From positions 1-64,000 of the IMG/VR virus record IMGVR_UViG_3300021400_001692: DNA of 64,000 bases; one strand, given 5' to 3'. This stretch comes from a virus. Lineage: Duplodnaviria; Caudoviricetes. Positions 8,679-16,374 of the stretch are shown piece by piece. The translations under genes were made by a program, and so were the position numbers. Position 1 is the first letter of the stretch, and every line of letters begins with the position of its first letter. The notes under the pieces are model-generated. The model searched no databases and had not been told where the DNA came from. It saw nothing but the letters and a program-made list of their open reading frames with translations.

Positions 8679-9396
8679 TAAGATTATCCTTCACTGCTCT
8701 GCCAACGGCCCGAACAGCAACATCGGCGCCAAGGAAATCCGGGCTTACCATATGCTGCCCGTGTCCAAGGGTGGGCGCGGCTGGAGCGACATTGGATACC
8801 ACTATGTCATCAGGCGCGACGGCACGCTCGACGTTGGCCGCGACATTACCAAGGCTGGGGCGCACTGCACTGGCCTCAACGCGCACAGCATCGGAATCTG
8901 CCTGGTCGGCGGCGTGAAGTCCGACGGCAAGACGCCTGAGGACAACTTTCTGCCGGCGCAGTTCGACATGCTGGCGAAGCTGATCCGCGACCTCCGCCTG
9001 CGCTTTCCGAACACGAGCATTCACGGGCACAACGAGTTTGCCCAGAAGGCCTGCCCTGTGTTCAACGTGGCGGCGTTCCTGGCGAAGTACGGCATCTCCA
9101 AGATGCCTGATGCCGGCGAATGGAAGTGGCCTCACTTCAAGCCGTCTGAGTTTACGAAGCTTTGGGGCAGCGGGCCCATGCCGCAGGAATGGAAGGACGC
9201 GCTCGACGCCCTTGAGAAGCTGCGCGCGAAGTATGGCAAGCCGATAGTCATTGCGAAGTCCGACTACTCCAAGGGCGTGTTCTCCTGCGACCTCAAGATT
9301 CCGTACAGCATGGCCGACGCGGCGATGCAGAGCGGCTTTGCCAGCGTTCGCGAGGTTCCAGGGGTTGGCATGCGCGTGTACATAGTGGGGGCGTAA
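8665..9396 (+). CDS. Endolysin: N-acetylmuramoyl-L-alanine amidase (T7-lysozyme-like) with degenerate C-terminal M15-like domain
   Basis: IILHCSA, WSDIGYHYVI, GAH, SIGICLVGG, HGHNEF..KACP amidase motifs; start chosen at ATG 8665. Confidence 0.9.
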   Translation: MRSIDKIILHCSANGPNSNIGAKEIRAYHMLPVSKGGRGWSDIGYHYVIRRDGTLDVGRDITKAGAHCTGLNAHSIGICLVGGVKSDGKTPEDNFLPAQFDMLAKLIRDLRLRFPNTSIHGHNEFAQKACPVFNVAAFLAKYGISKMPDAGEWKWPHFKPSEFTKLWGSGPMPQEWKDALDALEKLRAKYGKPIVIAKSDYSKGVFSCDLKIPYSMADAAMQSGFASVREVPGVGMRVYIVGA

Positions 9397-11205
9397 ATGG
9401 CACTGCCTAATCTGCTTACGAAAATTACGAGCGCGTTTACCGATGCCAAGGCTGCGCTGACCACGGCCAATGCCATCGGCACCACGGCCAGCGCTGCGCG
9501 GGATACGGCCAACGCAGCCAACACGGCAGTTACGAATCTCAACGCGGCTGCCGTGCACAAGGCCGGGGCCGAGGAAGTGACCGGCGTAAAGACGTTCACC
9601 AGCGCCACGGAATTCAAGGGCGCCGTCGGGTTCCATACCGACAAGGTGTACATCCATACGCAGCAGGACGACGGAGTTGACCGGTCAAACCAGTTCTTGC
9701 ATGCGAGCACGGACAGCTCAGGTTACGGAACCAACCTTGGATTCGGCGCGATGGGCAACACCGTTGTCGGCGGTGGCGAATCCGTAATATCGCAAATTGA
9801 CGAACTGAAAGGCAACAACGGTGAAAACCTGTATCTTGTCGCAGACGGCGGCATCCAGATAAAGGTTGGCGCGCAGACGTATTCCTCTGCAAAGCTGCTG
9901 AACATCGGCACGGACGGCATAATCAGCGGCGTGATAACCAGCGCGGCGAAGGCGACCAGCGCGGCTACCGCCGGAGCCTGCACGGGCAACGCGGCTACGG
10001 CGACCAGCGCGACTAAGGCCGGCAACGCCACGACGGTGAACGGCTTTACCGTGTCGGCAAATGTTCCGGCGGGCGCCAAGTTTACGGACACCACGTATGG
10101 CGCTGGAACCGCCGCTCTGGTTACGTCCGGGACGGACACGGCCCAGCGTACCTGGACGCCGAAGATTCTGCACGACTACGTTGCCGGGGCGACGGTTACC
10201 GCTGCCAACAAAGTCGGCACGGCTACAGTTGGTTCCGCGACTGTGCCTGTGTACATCAGCAAGGGCGTTCCGAAGGAATGTGGCGTGGTGGCAAGCGCCA
10301 CAATGGCGGCGCAGGCGGCAACAATTACCTCGACGCTGCCGATTGCCAAGGGTGGCACAGGGCTTACCAGCCTTGCCACCTTTGTGCGCACCACGGGCGA
10401 TCAGAGTATTGCCGGCGTGAAAACGTACACCAGCGACGCGAAGTACACGATACCTGGCAGTGACTACCGACACCTGGACTTTGCCACGTCTGCCGTGTTT
10501 GGCACGGCCATATCCGGATACCAGGGCTGGAATATGCGGCTGCTCGACAAGGCCGGCTCGAACGCGTTCTGCGCGTACAGGGCATGGCTGAACAGCAGCA
10601 GCAACGTGCAGCACAACTGGCAGCTGAAGCGCAACTCCACAAATTCTGAGCTTCGGATGATCGAGTTCACCTACGCTGGCTCCTTCTGCGCTTTTACGCC
10701 GCAGACTGAGTCCATCGGGCTGGGCAGCACGAGCGGGCAATCCGTACGCTGGGCGAACGAGTATTTTGCCACAGCGCCGAACGTGTCGTCCGACGAGCGC
10801 ATTAAGGAGTCGATCGGCCGCGTGCCGGACGAGGTTCTGGACGCCTGGGAAGACATCGACTGGAAGCAGTTTCGGTTCAGCGACGCCGTTGGCAAGAAGG
10901 GCGACGCCGCACGCCTGCACAACGGCCTTGTCGCGCAGCAGGTTGGACAAGCGTTTTCCAGGCACGGCCTGGATGCGGCGAAGTACGGGCTGTTTTGCCA
11001 TGACGAATGGGATGCACAGCCTGCGGAGTACGACGGCGCAGACCTTGTGAGCCCGGCCATTGAGGCTGGCGACCTTTATTCCATCCGCTACGAAGAAGCC
11101 CTCGCCATGGAAGCGGCCTACCAGCGCCGCAGGGCTGACAGGCTTGAACAGCGCGTTGCCGCGCTTGAAGAAACCGTGAGGAGGCTTGCAAATGGCGCTG
11201 CCTAA
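9397..11205 (+). CDS. Tail fibre 2 with S74-like chaperone
   Basis: 602 aa; CTGNAATATSAT and LPIAKGGTG repeats; SSDERIK then chaperone ending YEEALAMEAAYQRRRADR. Confidence 0.85.
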   Translation: MALPNLLTKITSAFTDAKAALTTANAIGTTASAARDTANAANTAVTNLNAAAVHKAGAEEVTGVKTFTSATEFKGAVGFHTDKVYIHTQQDDGVDRSNQFLHASTDSSGYGTNLGFGAMGNTVVGGGESVISQIDELKGNNGENLYLVADGGIQIKVGAQTYSSAKLLNIGTDGIISGVITSAAKATSAATAGACTGNAATATSATKAGNATTVNGFTVSANVPAGAKFTDTTYGAGTAALVTSGTDTAQRTWTPKILHDYVAGATVTAANKVGTATVGSATVPVYISKGVPKECGVVASATMAAQAATITSTLPIAKGGTGLTSLATFVRTTGDQSIAGVKTYTSDAKYTIPGSDYRHLDFATSAVFGTAISGYQGWNMRLLDKAGSNAFCAYRAWLNSSSNVQHNWQLKRNSTNSELRMIEFTYAGSFCAFTPQTESIGLGSTSGQSVRWANEYFATAPNVSSDERIKESIGRVPDEVLDAWEDIDWKQFRFSDAVGKKGDAARLHNGLVAQQVGQAFSRHGLDAAKYGLFCHDEWDAQPAEYDGADLVSPAIEAGDLYSIRYEEALAMEAAYQRRRADRLEQRVAALEETVRRLANGAA

Positions 11206-12910
11206 TTTACTTACGAAGCTGTTTGCAGCGATAACCCAGATGGAAGGCGCCGTAAACACGGCAAACAACGCTAAAAAAGAGGCAGCAGACGCCTCTTTGG
11301 CAGTATCTGGCGCAGTAGAGCGCATTGGCGAGCTGGAAAACACTGCCGTGCACAAGGCCGGAGCGGAAGACATTACCGGCGTAAAGACATGGAAAGGCGA
11401 CTCCATTGGCCCGCGTGTCACGAACGTCAAGGGCAAGCGCAACATCGCCCTCGAAGCATCTGCCGCAGATAATTTTGGGCTGTATTACAAGGCCTCAGAC
11501 CTGGCCAATCAGAATAAATGGCTTGTTTTTTGTGACGACCAGGGCGGGGGGCATCTTAACGGAATTGCCACGAATGCGGCCAAGGACGTAAATAACAAGA
11601 ACATTACCTCGTACGCCGCAGACATAGTCATCAGCGGGAAAACCATCTCGCTCAAGGATGGCACCGGCACCCTTATAAAGTCCATCACCACGCAGGACAC
11701 CACCTACGCGGTTATGCAGGGCGCCACTGGAAACGCTGATGGCGTTGCTGGCCTGGTTCCGAAGCCTGTAATAGCCAACCGCGAGATGTACCTTGGCGGC
11801 GACGCGAAGTGGCACGGCACGTTCACCAAGAACGCTGCCGGGCTTGTACCCAGCTCTGGTGGCGGCACCACGAAGTTTCTCCGTGCCGACGGCACCTGGG
11901 TGGCCACGCCAGACACCGTGTACTCGCATCCGACATACACCGCGCGCACGGGTCAGCCCACGGCAGACGTTGCGCCAGCCTTTGGCGGGACGTTCAACGT
12001 GACGCAGCCTGTGTGTGACAAGTGGGGCCACATTACGGGCCTGACCTCGCGCAAGATCACCATCCCAAAGACAGCTGCAACGGCTACCGCCGCAGGGCTT
12101 GTTTCCACGGGCGAGCAGCATTTTGCCGGGGATAAGTACTTTGGCACATCGTTGTACATTGACATGTCCGGTACTAAGCCTACGTCCAACACCCCGACGG
12201 CAGTGCCTTTTTATATTAGGCATCAGGACATCAACGGGAATAAGCATAACCGTACCGTGATGCAGCTTATCACCCCGACAGGCAGCTCTGCAGCGCAGGC
12301 AGGCATCGCCTTCAAGGCTGCCGGCGGCGTATGCATGCTTACCGGAGGCGACGGGGATACTCCTAGCAAGATTGTGACTGGTGAAAGACTGAGCGGCAGT
12401 GAAGAGCGCCTGTACTTATCGTCTGATTCGTTTATGCGAGTTTTCACCAACATGGATGACGGGTATTCATCGGCGAAGGCGTTTACTTTTTCAGCAAACG
12501 GCAGCCTCACTGTCCCAGGCACTGTGAATACGGGGTCCGACGAGCGTCTGAAAAAGGATATTATCGCCATCCCTGGCAAGGTGCTTGACGCCTGGGGAGA
12601 TATCAGGTGGGCTCAGTTTAAGATGCTTGCCGATGGCGATGCCGCGAAGATGCGCACAGGCCTTATCGCGCAGCGCGTTGACGAGGTTTTCCGTGAGCAT
12701 GGTATGAATGCCAGGGATTACGGGTTCTTGCAGTACACTAAGTATGCCGACGGCGAAGCTATCGGGCCAAAGATACCGGGCGCTGATGGGGTTTACACCA
12801 TCAGCTACACGGACGCCTTGTGCCTTGAAGCCGCCTACCAGCGCCGCCGTGCGGACAGGCTTGAGGCCCGCCTCGCAAAAATTGAAGAGAAAGTTTTTGC
12901 TGACAACTGA
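11192..12910 (+). CDS. Tail fibre 3 with S74-like chaperone
   Basis: Start at ATG 11192 after RBS GAGGAGG gives MALPNLLTK, identical to fibre 2; GSDERLK and LEAAYQRRRADR. Confidence 0.85.
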   Translation: MALPNLLTKLFAAITQMEGAVNTANNAKKEAADASLAVSGAVERIGELENTAVHKAGAEDITGVKTWKGDSIGPRVTNVKGKRNIALEASAADNFGLYYKASDLANQNKWLVFCDDQGGGHLNGIATNAAKDVNNKNITSYAADIVISGKTISLKDGTGTLIKSITTQDTTYAVMQGATGNADGVAGLVPKPVIANREMYLGGDAKWHGTFTKNAAGLVPSSGGGTTKFLRADGTWVATPDTVYSHPTYTARTGQPTADVAPAFGGTFNVTQPVCDKWGHITGLTSRKITIPKTAATATAAGLVSTGEQHFAGDKYFGTSLYIDMSGTKPTSNTPTAVPFYIRHQDINGNKHNRTVMQLITPTGSSAAQAGIAFKAAGGVCMLTGGDGDTPSKIVTGERLSGSEERLYLSSDSFMRVFTNMDDGYSSAKAFTFSANGSLTVPGTVNTGSDERLKKDIIAIPGKVLDAWGDIRWAQFKMLADGDAAKMRTGLIAQRVDEVFREHGMNARDYGFLQYTKYADGEAIGPKIPGADGVYTISYTDALCLEAAYQRRRADRLEARLAKIEEKVFADN

Positions 12911-12914
12911 TAAA

Positions 12915-12932
12915 CAGCCCAGCAATATTTTA
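12915..12932 (+). promoter_or_regulatory. Putative late promoter (CAGCCCAGCAATATTTTA)
   Basis: Motif upstream of the head-protein operon. Confidence 0.6.
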
Positions 12933-12982
12933 TATGGCGGGCGACGCCCGTTGAAACCACTAACTTTTCAGAAGGTAAAGAA

Positions 12983-13465
12983 ATGGAAAAGCTTTCCGCT
13001 ATACGAGACAGTGAAGTGCGCGGCGTTCTTGCCGCCCTCGTGGATTCCAACCTCGTGAAGTGCGCCTCCCGCGCTGATTTTGACAAGATGGCCTCCGCTG
13101 TTTCCCAGGCCGTTGGATATGACTACGACATCAATAAGATTGCCGGCGCCGTCGACGCCTATATGAACAAGGGCCAGACCAAGACCGCTTCCATGGAGAA
13201 GACCGCTTCCCAGAAGCTGGCCGCCCGTGAATCCGAAGTGTACACCGCGCTTGGCGAAGCCCTGCTGATGAAGACCGCCGGATACATTTCCGACGACCAG
13301 TTCACCAAGGTTGCCGACGAGCTTATGGAAGAGGCCGCCGCCACTTCCGGGCTTAACGATGCTCTCGATGAACTTCCCGAAGACGTGAAGGACGTCATCC
13401 TCGAAGCCGTGCTTGAAGACGCTGCTGCCGAGGCCGGCGCCGAAGAAGCTCCTGCCGAGGCGTAA
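12983..13465 (+). CDS. K-x-A-rich acidic putative internal head/core protein
   Basis: 160 aa; 8 of 11 lysines in K-x-A; acidic C-terminus; paralogous motifs with 23079, 19885, 20880, 21784. Confidence 0.7.
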   Translation: MEKLSAIRDSEVRGVLAALVDSNLVKCASRADFDKMASAVSQAVGYDYDINKIAGAVDAYMNKGQTKTASMEKTASQKLAARESEVYTALGEALLMKTAGYISDDQFTKVADELMEEAAATSGLNDALDELPEDVKDVILEAVLEDAAAEAGAEEAPAEA

Positions 13466-13785
13466 TGTTGGACGGATACACGCGTGACCAGCTCGAATCC
13501 ATCGGGCGCCAGTACTTTGAAAAGACGGCGTTCGGCATTGGCACGATGCTGACGCTGCCACTCAGGGCTGCAGGCTTCGGCATGGGCCTCATGGGCAAGG
13601 GCGTTGCTACCGCTGCCAAGGGGCTAAACTGGGCGTCGAACACGCGTGTAGGCAAAGCTGCGCTTTCCCCGTTCGGCGGGAAGGTCGGCTTGGGCATGGG
13701 CGCCATAGGCGCCGCTGCCGCGGCCGGAGCAGCAACAGACGTTTCAAGCTCCGCCACGCTCGGTGGCGGTGGCGGAGGTGTATGA
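13465..13785 (+). CDS. Glycine-zipper hydrophobic protein with EKTA-terminated leader
   Basis: 106 aa; polar 20-aa leader, FEKTA, then Gly/Ala-rich hydrophobic helices. Confidence 0.7.
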   Translation: MLDGYTRDQLESIGRQYFEKTAFGIGTMLTLPLRAAGFGMGLMGKGVATAAKGLNWASNTRVGKAALSPFGGKVGLGMGAIGAAAAAGAATDVSSSATLGGGGGGV

Positions 13786-14024
13786 CAGTGACTTACGAAC
13801 AGTTTTTGAAGACGTATGCCTCGCCGCACCATGTGTGGGCCTCGCTTGCGTCGTCCAGCGACAGGGAAGATCCCGGCACCACGAAGGTTCAGTACGGCTG
13901 GCAGATAGAGAAGCCGTCGCACTCGACGTTTAACTGGTGGATGCGCCGCACGGATACGCGCCTTGACGAGCTTGAGAAGCGCGTTGCCTGGCTTGTTGCG
14001 GAGAAGGAGGCCGACAATGGCTAA
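13782..14024 (+). CDS. Small protein paralogous to the N-terminus of the 63051 protein
   Basis: GW...P...FNWW..R.D.RLD.LE shared with 63051..63611. Confidence 0.7.
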   Translation: MTVTYEQFLKTYASPHHVWASLASSSDREDPGTTKVQYGWQIEKPSHSTFNWWMRRTDTRLDELEKRVAWLVAEKEADNG

Positions 14025-14622
14025 CGCTTATTACAGCAACGCCTACAACGCTACGCTTGGCCTGGTGAAAACCGCGGCCGGCTGGGGCGGCAGGGCTGCC
14101 GCGCTCGGCCTTGGCGGACTTGGCGCGTACGGGGCGTACAGCATGGCCAATAACAGGGCTGGGCTTTTGAATGCTGCAAGCGGAGACAACGGCACTGCAG
14201 GTTATGGAGTGCTTCAAGGATTAGGCTCCGGTGCGCAGCAGCTGTACGGAGGCATTAAGGATACTGCTTCTGGCGCATGGGATAGTTTATCCGGCGCAGC
14301 TAAAGACGTATGGAACGGCGGTGATCTCGGGCAGAACCTGAACACTCTCGGCACTAACGTCTCTGACTGGGCATCTAGGGCAGGAGAGGGCATTTCGAAC
14401 TGGATGGCCGATTCCCCTGAAGCTGCCGGCGTAGCCGGTGGAGCCCTTGCCCTTGGCGGCCTTGGCCTTGCTTCCCGCATGTTCCGACGCAAATCGAAAC
14501 CGGTTCCGGCGGCCCCGAAGGGTATGTCTGGTGCTGCCAAGCTCGGACTTGGCGCAGCCGGAGCGCTCGGCGCATATGGCTTGTACAATCACTTTTTCAA
14601 CAATAATAACCGGCAGCGCTAG
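14017..14622 (+). CDS. Glycine-zipper protein with Tyr-rich leader ending VKTA
   Basis: Start at ATG 14017 after RBS AAGGAGG; three GxxxG hydrophobic segments. Confidence 0.75.
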   Translation: MANAYYSNAYNATLGLVKTAAGWGGRAAALGLGGLGAYGAYSMANNRAGLLNAASGDNGTAGYGVLQGLGSGAQQLYGGIKDTASGAWDSLSGAAKDVWNGGDLGQNLNTLGTNVSDWASRAGEGISNWMADSPEAAGVAGGALALGGLGLASRMFRRKSKPVPAAPKGMSGAAKLGLGAAGALGAYGLYNHFFNNNNRQR

Positions 14623-14643
14623 CCTGCCATAGAGGATGACAAT

Positions 14644-15141
14644 ATGAACAAGTACGAAGAAGCGTACCAGAACGGCTATGGCGCCGTCGTGAACACCCTT
14701 ACCAAGATTGCTGAAGGACCTTTGTCCGCAGAAGAGCTTACTCGGGCTCTTTCTGGGTATACCGGAGAAGGAGGGCAGGGGACCATTGACTCGATCAACA
14801 GGGGCCTGGAAGGCTGGAATAACCGTCTTGCAAACCTTGCTGAGGGCGAGGAAACCAACAGGGCTATTCAGACTGGCCTGAACCGCTGGAATTCCGGATT
14901 TGCCGGCGAGGGCAGCCAGGAAACTGCTGATTTCATCAATAAGGGTTTGGCTAAATGGAATGCCACTGCTGACGCAAAGGCCGCTTTGAAGAGTGAGCTG
15001 ATGCCTAAGCTGCTGGCGGGCGGTGCTGCTGGAGGTACCGGACTTGCTGCTCTCGGCGCACTTCTCGGCCGCAAGACTGCTCCCAAGCCTGCTCCTGCGC
15101 GTGGCGTGGCCGCTGCCCTGAGGGCTCTTCTCGGCCGCTAA
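14644..15141 (+). CDS. Glycine-zipper protein with Tyr-rich leader ending TKIA
   Basis: 165 aa, RBS GAGG; internal NRGL..WN repeats; C-terminal LAGGAAGGTGLAALGALLG plus basic tail. Confidence 0.75.
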   Translation: MNKYEEAYQNGYGAVVNTLTKIAEGPLSAEELTRALSGYTGEGGQGTIDSINRGLEGWNNRLANLAEGEETNRAIQTGLNRWNSGFAGEGSQETADFINKGLAKWNATADAKAALKSELMPKLLAGGAAGGTGLAALGALLGRKTAPKPAPARGVAAALRALLGR

Positions 15142-15149
15142 TTAGTTTA

Positions 15150-15181
15150 TAAGTAACGGCTGGGCATCCAGCCGTTACTTA
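15150..15181. repeat. Perfect 14-bp inverted repeat without T-tract
   Basis: TAAGTAACGGCTGG-GCAT-CCAGCCGTTACTTA between co-oriented genes. Confidence 0.9.
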
Positions 15182-15193
15182 CGGGGTGCACAC

Positions 15194-15655
15194 ATGAGCG
15201 CATATGAAACAGCATACAGCGAGACCATGTCTCTGATAAAGCAGGCTGGCGTTTCCGACGCTTACAAGACCAGGTCTTTGCTCCAGAAATTGCTCGGCGG
15301 GCATTTTTCGACGTTAGGCGCTGCCAGGGCTATGGAATTGTCTCCTCTCGAAGCCAATGTGCTTAAGCAGACTTACGGACTTCATCCGAATGCTGACTTG
15401 GCCAGCCGAAATGCTTGGCGGTCTGTAGCTGGCGGTACCATTGGCCAAGGTGTAGGAGCGCTGGCCGGTGGAATAGGTGGTGCCACACTTGGAGGGCTTC
15501 TCGCTGGAGAGGGTGGAGCTGCCGGACTTGGTATGCTTGCGGCGGCGCCTGCCAGTATTCTGGGGGCACTGAAAGGCAGCATGCTCGCCACTAAGAAATA
15601 TTCCAAGGAAGAGGCGGAGAGAATCATGGCCGCCGCTATTGCCGGAAAGAAATAG
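15194..15655 (+). CDS. Glycine-zipper protein with Tyr-rich leader ending IKQA
   Basis: 153 aa; long GxxxG run VAGGTIGQGVGALAGGIGGATLGGLLAG. Confidence 0.75.
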   Translation: MSAYETAYSETMSLIKQAGVSDAYKTRSLLQKLLGGHFSTLGAARAMELSPLEANVLKQTYGLHPNADLASRNAWRSVAGGTIGQGVGALAGGIGGATLGGLLAGEGGAAGLGMLAAAPASILGALKGSMLATKKYSKEEAERIMAAAIAGKK

Positions 15656-16374
15656 TGTCAGACCTTGAAGACAGCATAGGCCCGGTAAAAGGCTCATTGT
15701 ACGGGAGCGCTGCTGCATTGGCAGCGCTTCGTGCGATGGAGCGTCTTAATTTGCCGGTTGTCAGCACAAAGCCGCAGCTGTCGGAGGCTGAAAGCGCTTC
15801 CCTGATAAAGCATTTTGCCCGCAAGTCGAAGGTTCCCCTGCGTATCAACAACATTCCGATTAGGTATGCAGGGGAATCGTTTTCATTGGACAGGCCCCAG
15901 CTCGGCGACCATATTGTGCAGGCGCCGCTGAAAAGCTATGTTCTGGCGCATGAGCTAGGACATGCTACAAGCCCGATGCTCAAGCTTCACAGGGCGACAA
16001 GGTCTTTGTCAAATGTTTTGCTGGGCAGCCTTCTATTGTCCTATCCGCTTACGAAGGCGTATGAGGCTTATGCCAAGGCGCGCAACCCTGAGGGTTACGC
16101 TGAAAAAGATCACAAGGCGCTGGACGCGCTGAATACCGCGGGGCTTACGGCGAACGCTGTGCAACTTGGTGAGGAAGCGCAGGCTACATTGCGCGGCGCC
16201 TATGCAATAGGGAAAATTAGTGGGGCCGCAAAAGGGCTTAAGGCTCTGGCATCCTTGTCCCCGGCGTATGGAACGTATCTTGCTGCTTTTCTGGCTGCAC
16301 ATAAATTAGCTCCTGCGGCTGCAGGGTGGTACGGAAAGAAATTTTCAATAGAAGGAGACAACGATGCCTCTTGA
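15655..16374 (+). CDS. Membrane-associated zinc metallopeptidase (YugP/neutral zinc peptidase-like)
   Basis: LAHELGHA (HExxH), hydrophobic segment, EE..A..RG third-ligand region and AYGTYLAA end motif. Confidence 0.7.
   Translation: MSDLEDSIGPVKGSLYGSAAALAALRAMERLNLPVVSTKPQLSEAESASLIKHFARKSKVPLRINNIPIRYAGESFSLDRPQLGDHIVQAPLKSYVLAHELGHATSPMLKLHRATRSLSNVLLGSLLLSYPLTKAYEAYAKARNPEGYAEKDHKALDALNTAGLTANAVQLGEEAQATLRGAYAIGKISGAAKGLKALASLSPAYGTYLAAFLAAHKLAPAAAGWYGKKFSIEGDNDAS

Noticed and set aside
3470-12910. Diversity-generating retroelement or invertase acting on tail fibres
   Set aside because: No reverse transcriptase, recombinase, inverted fibre segment or adenine-only mismatched template/variable repeat pair seen in this window
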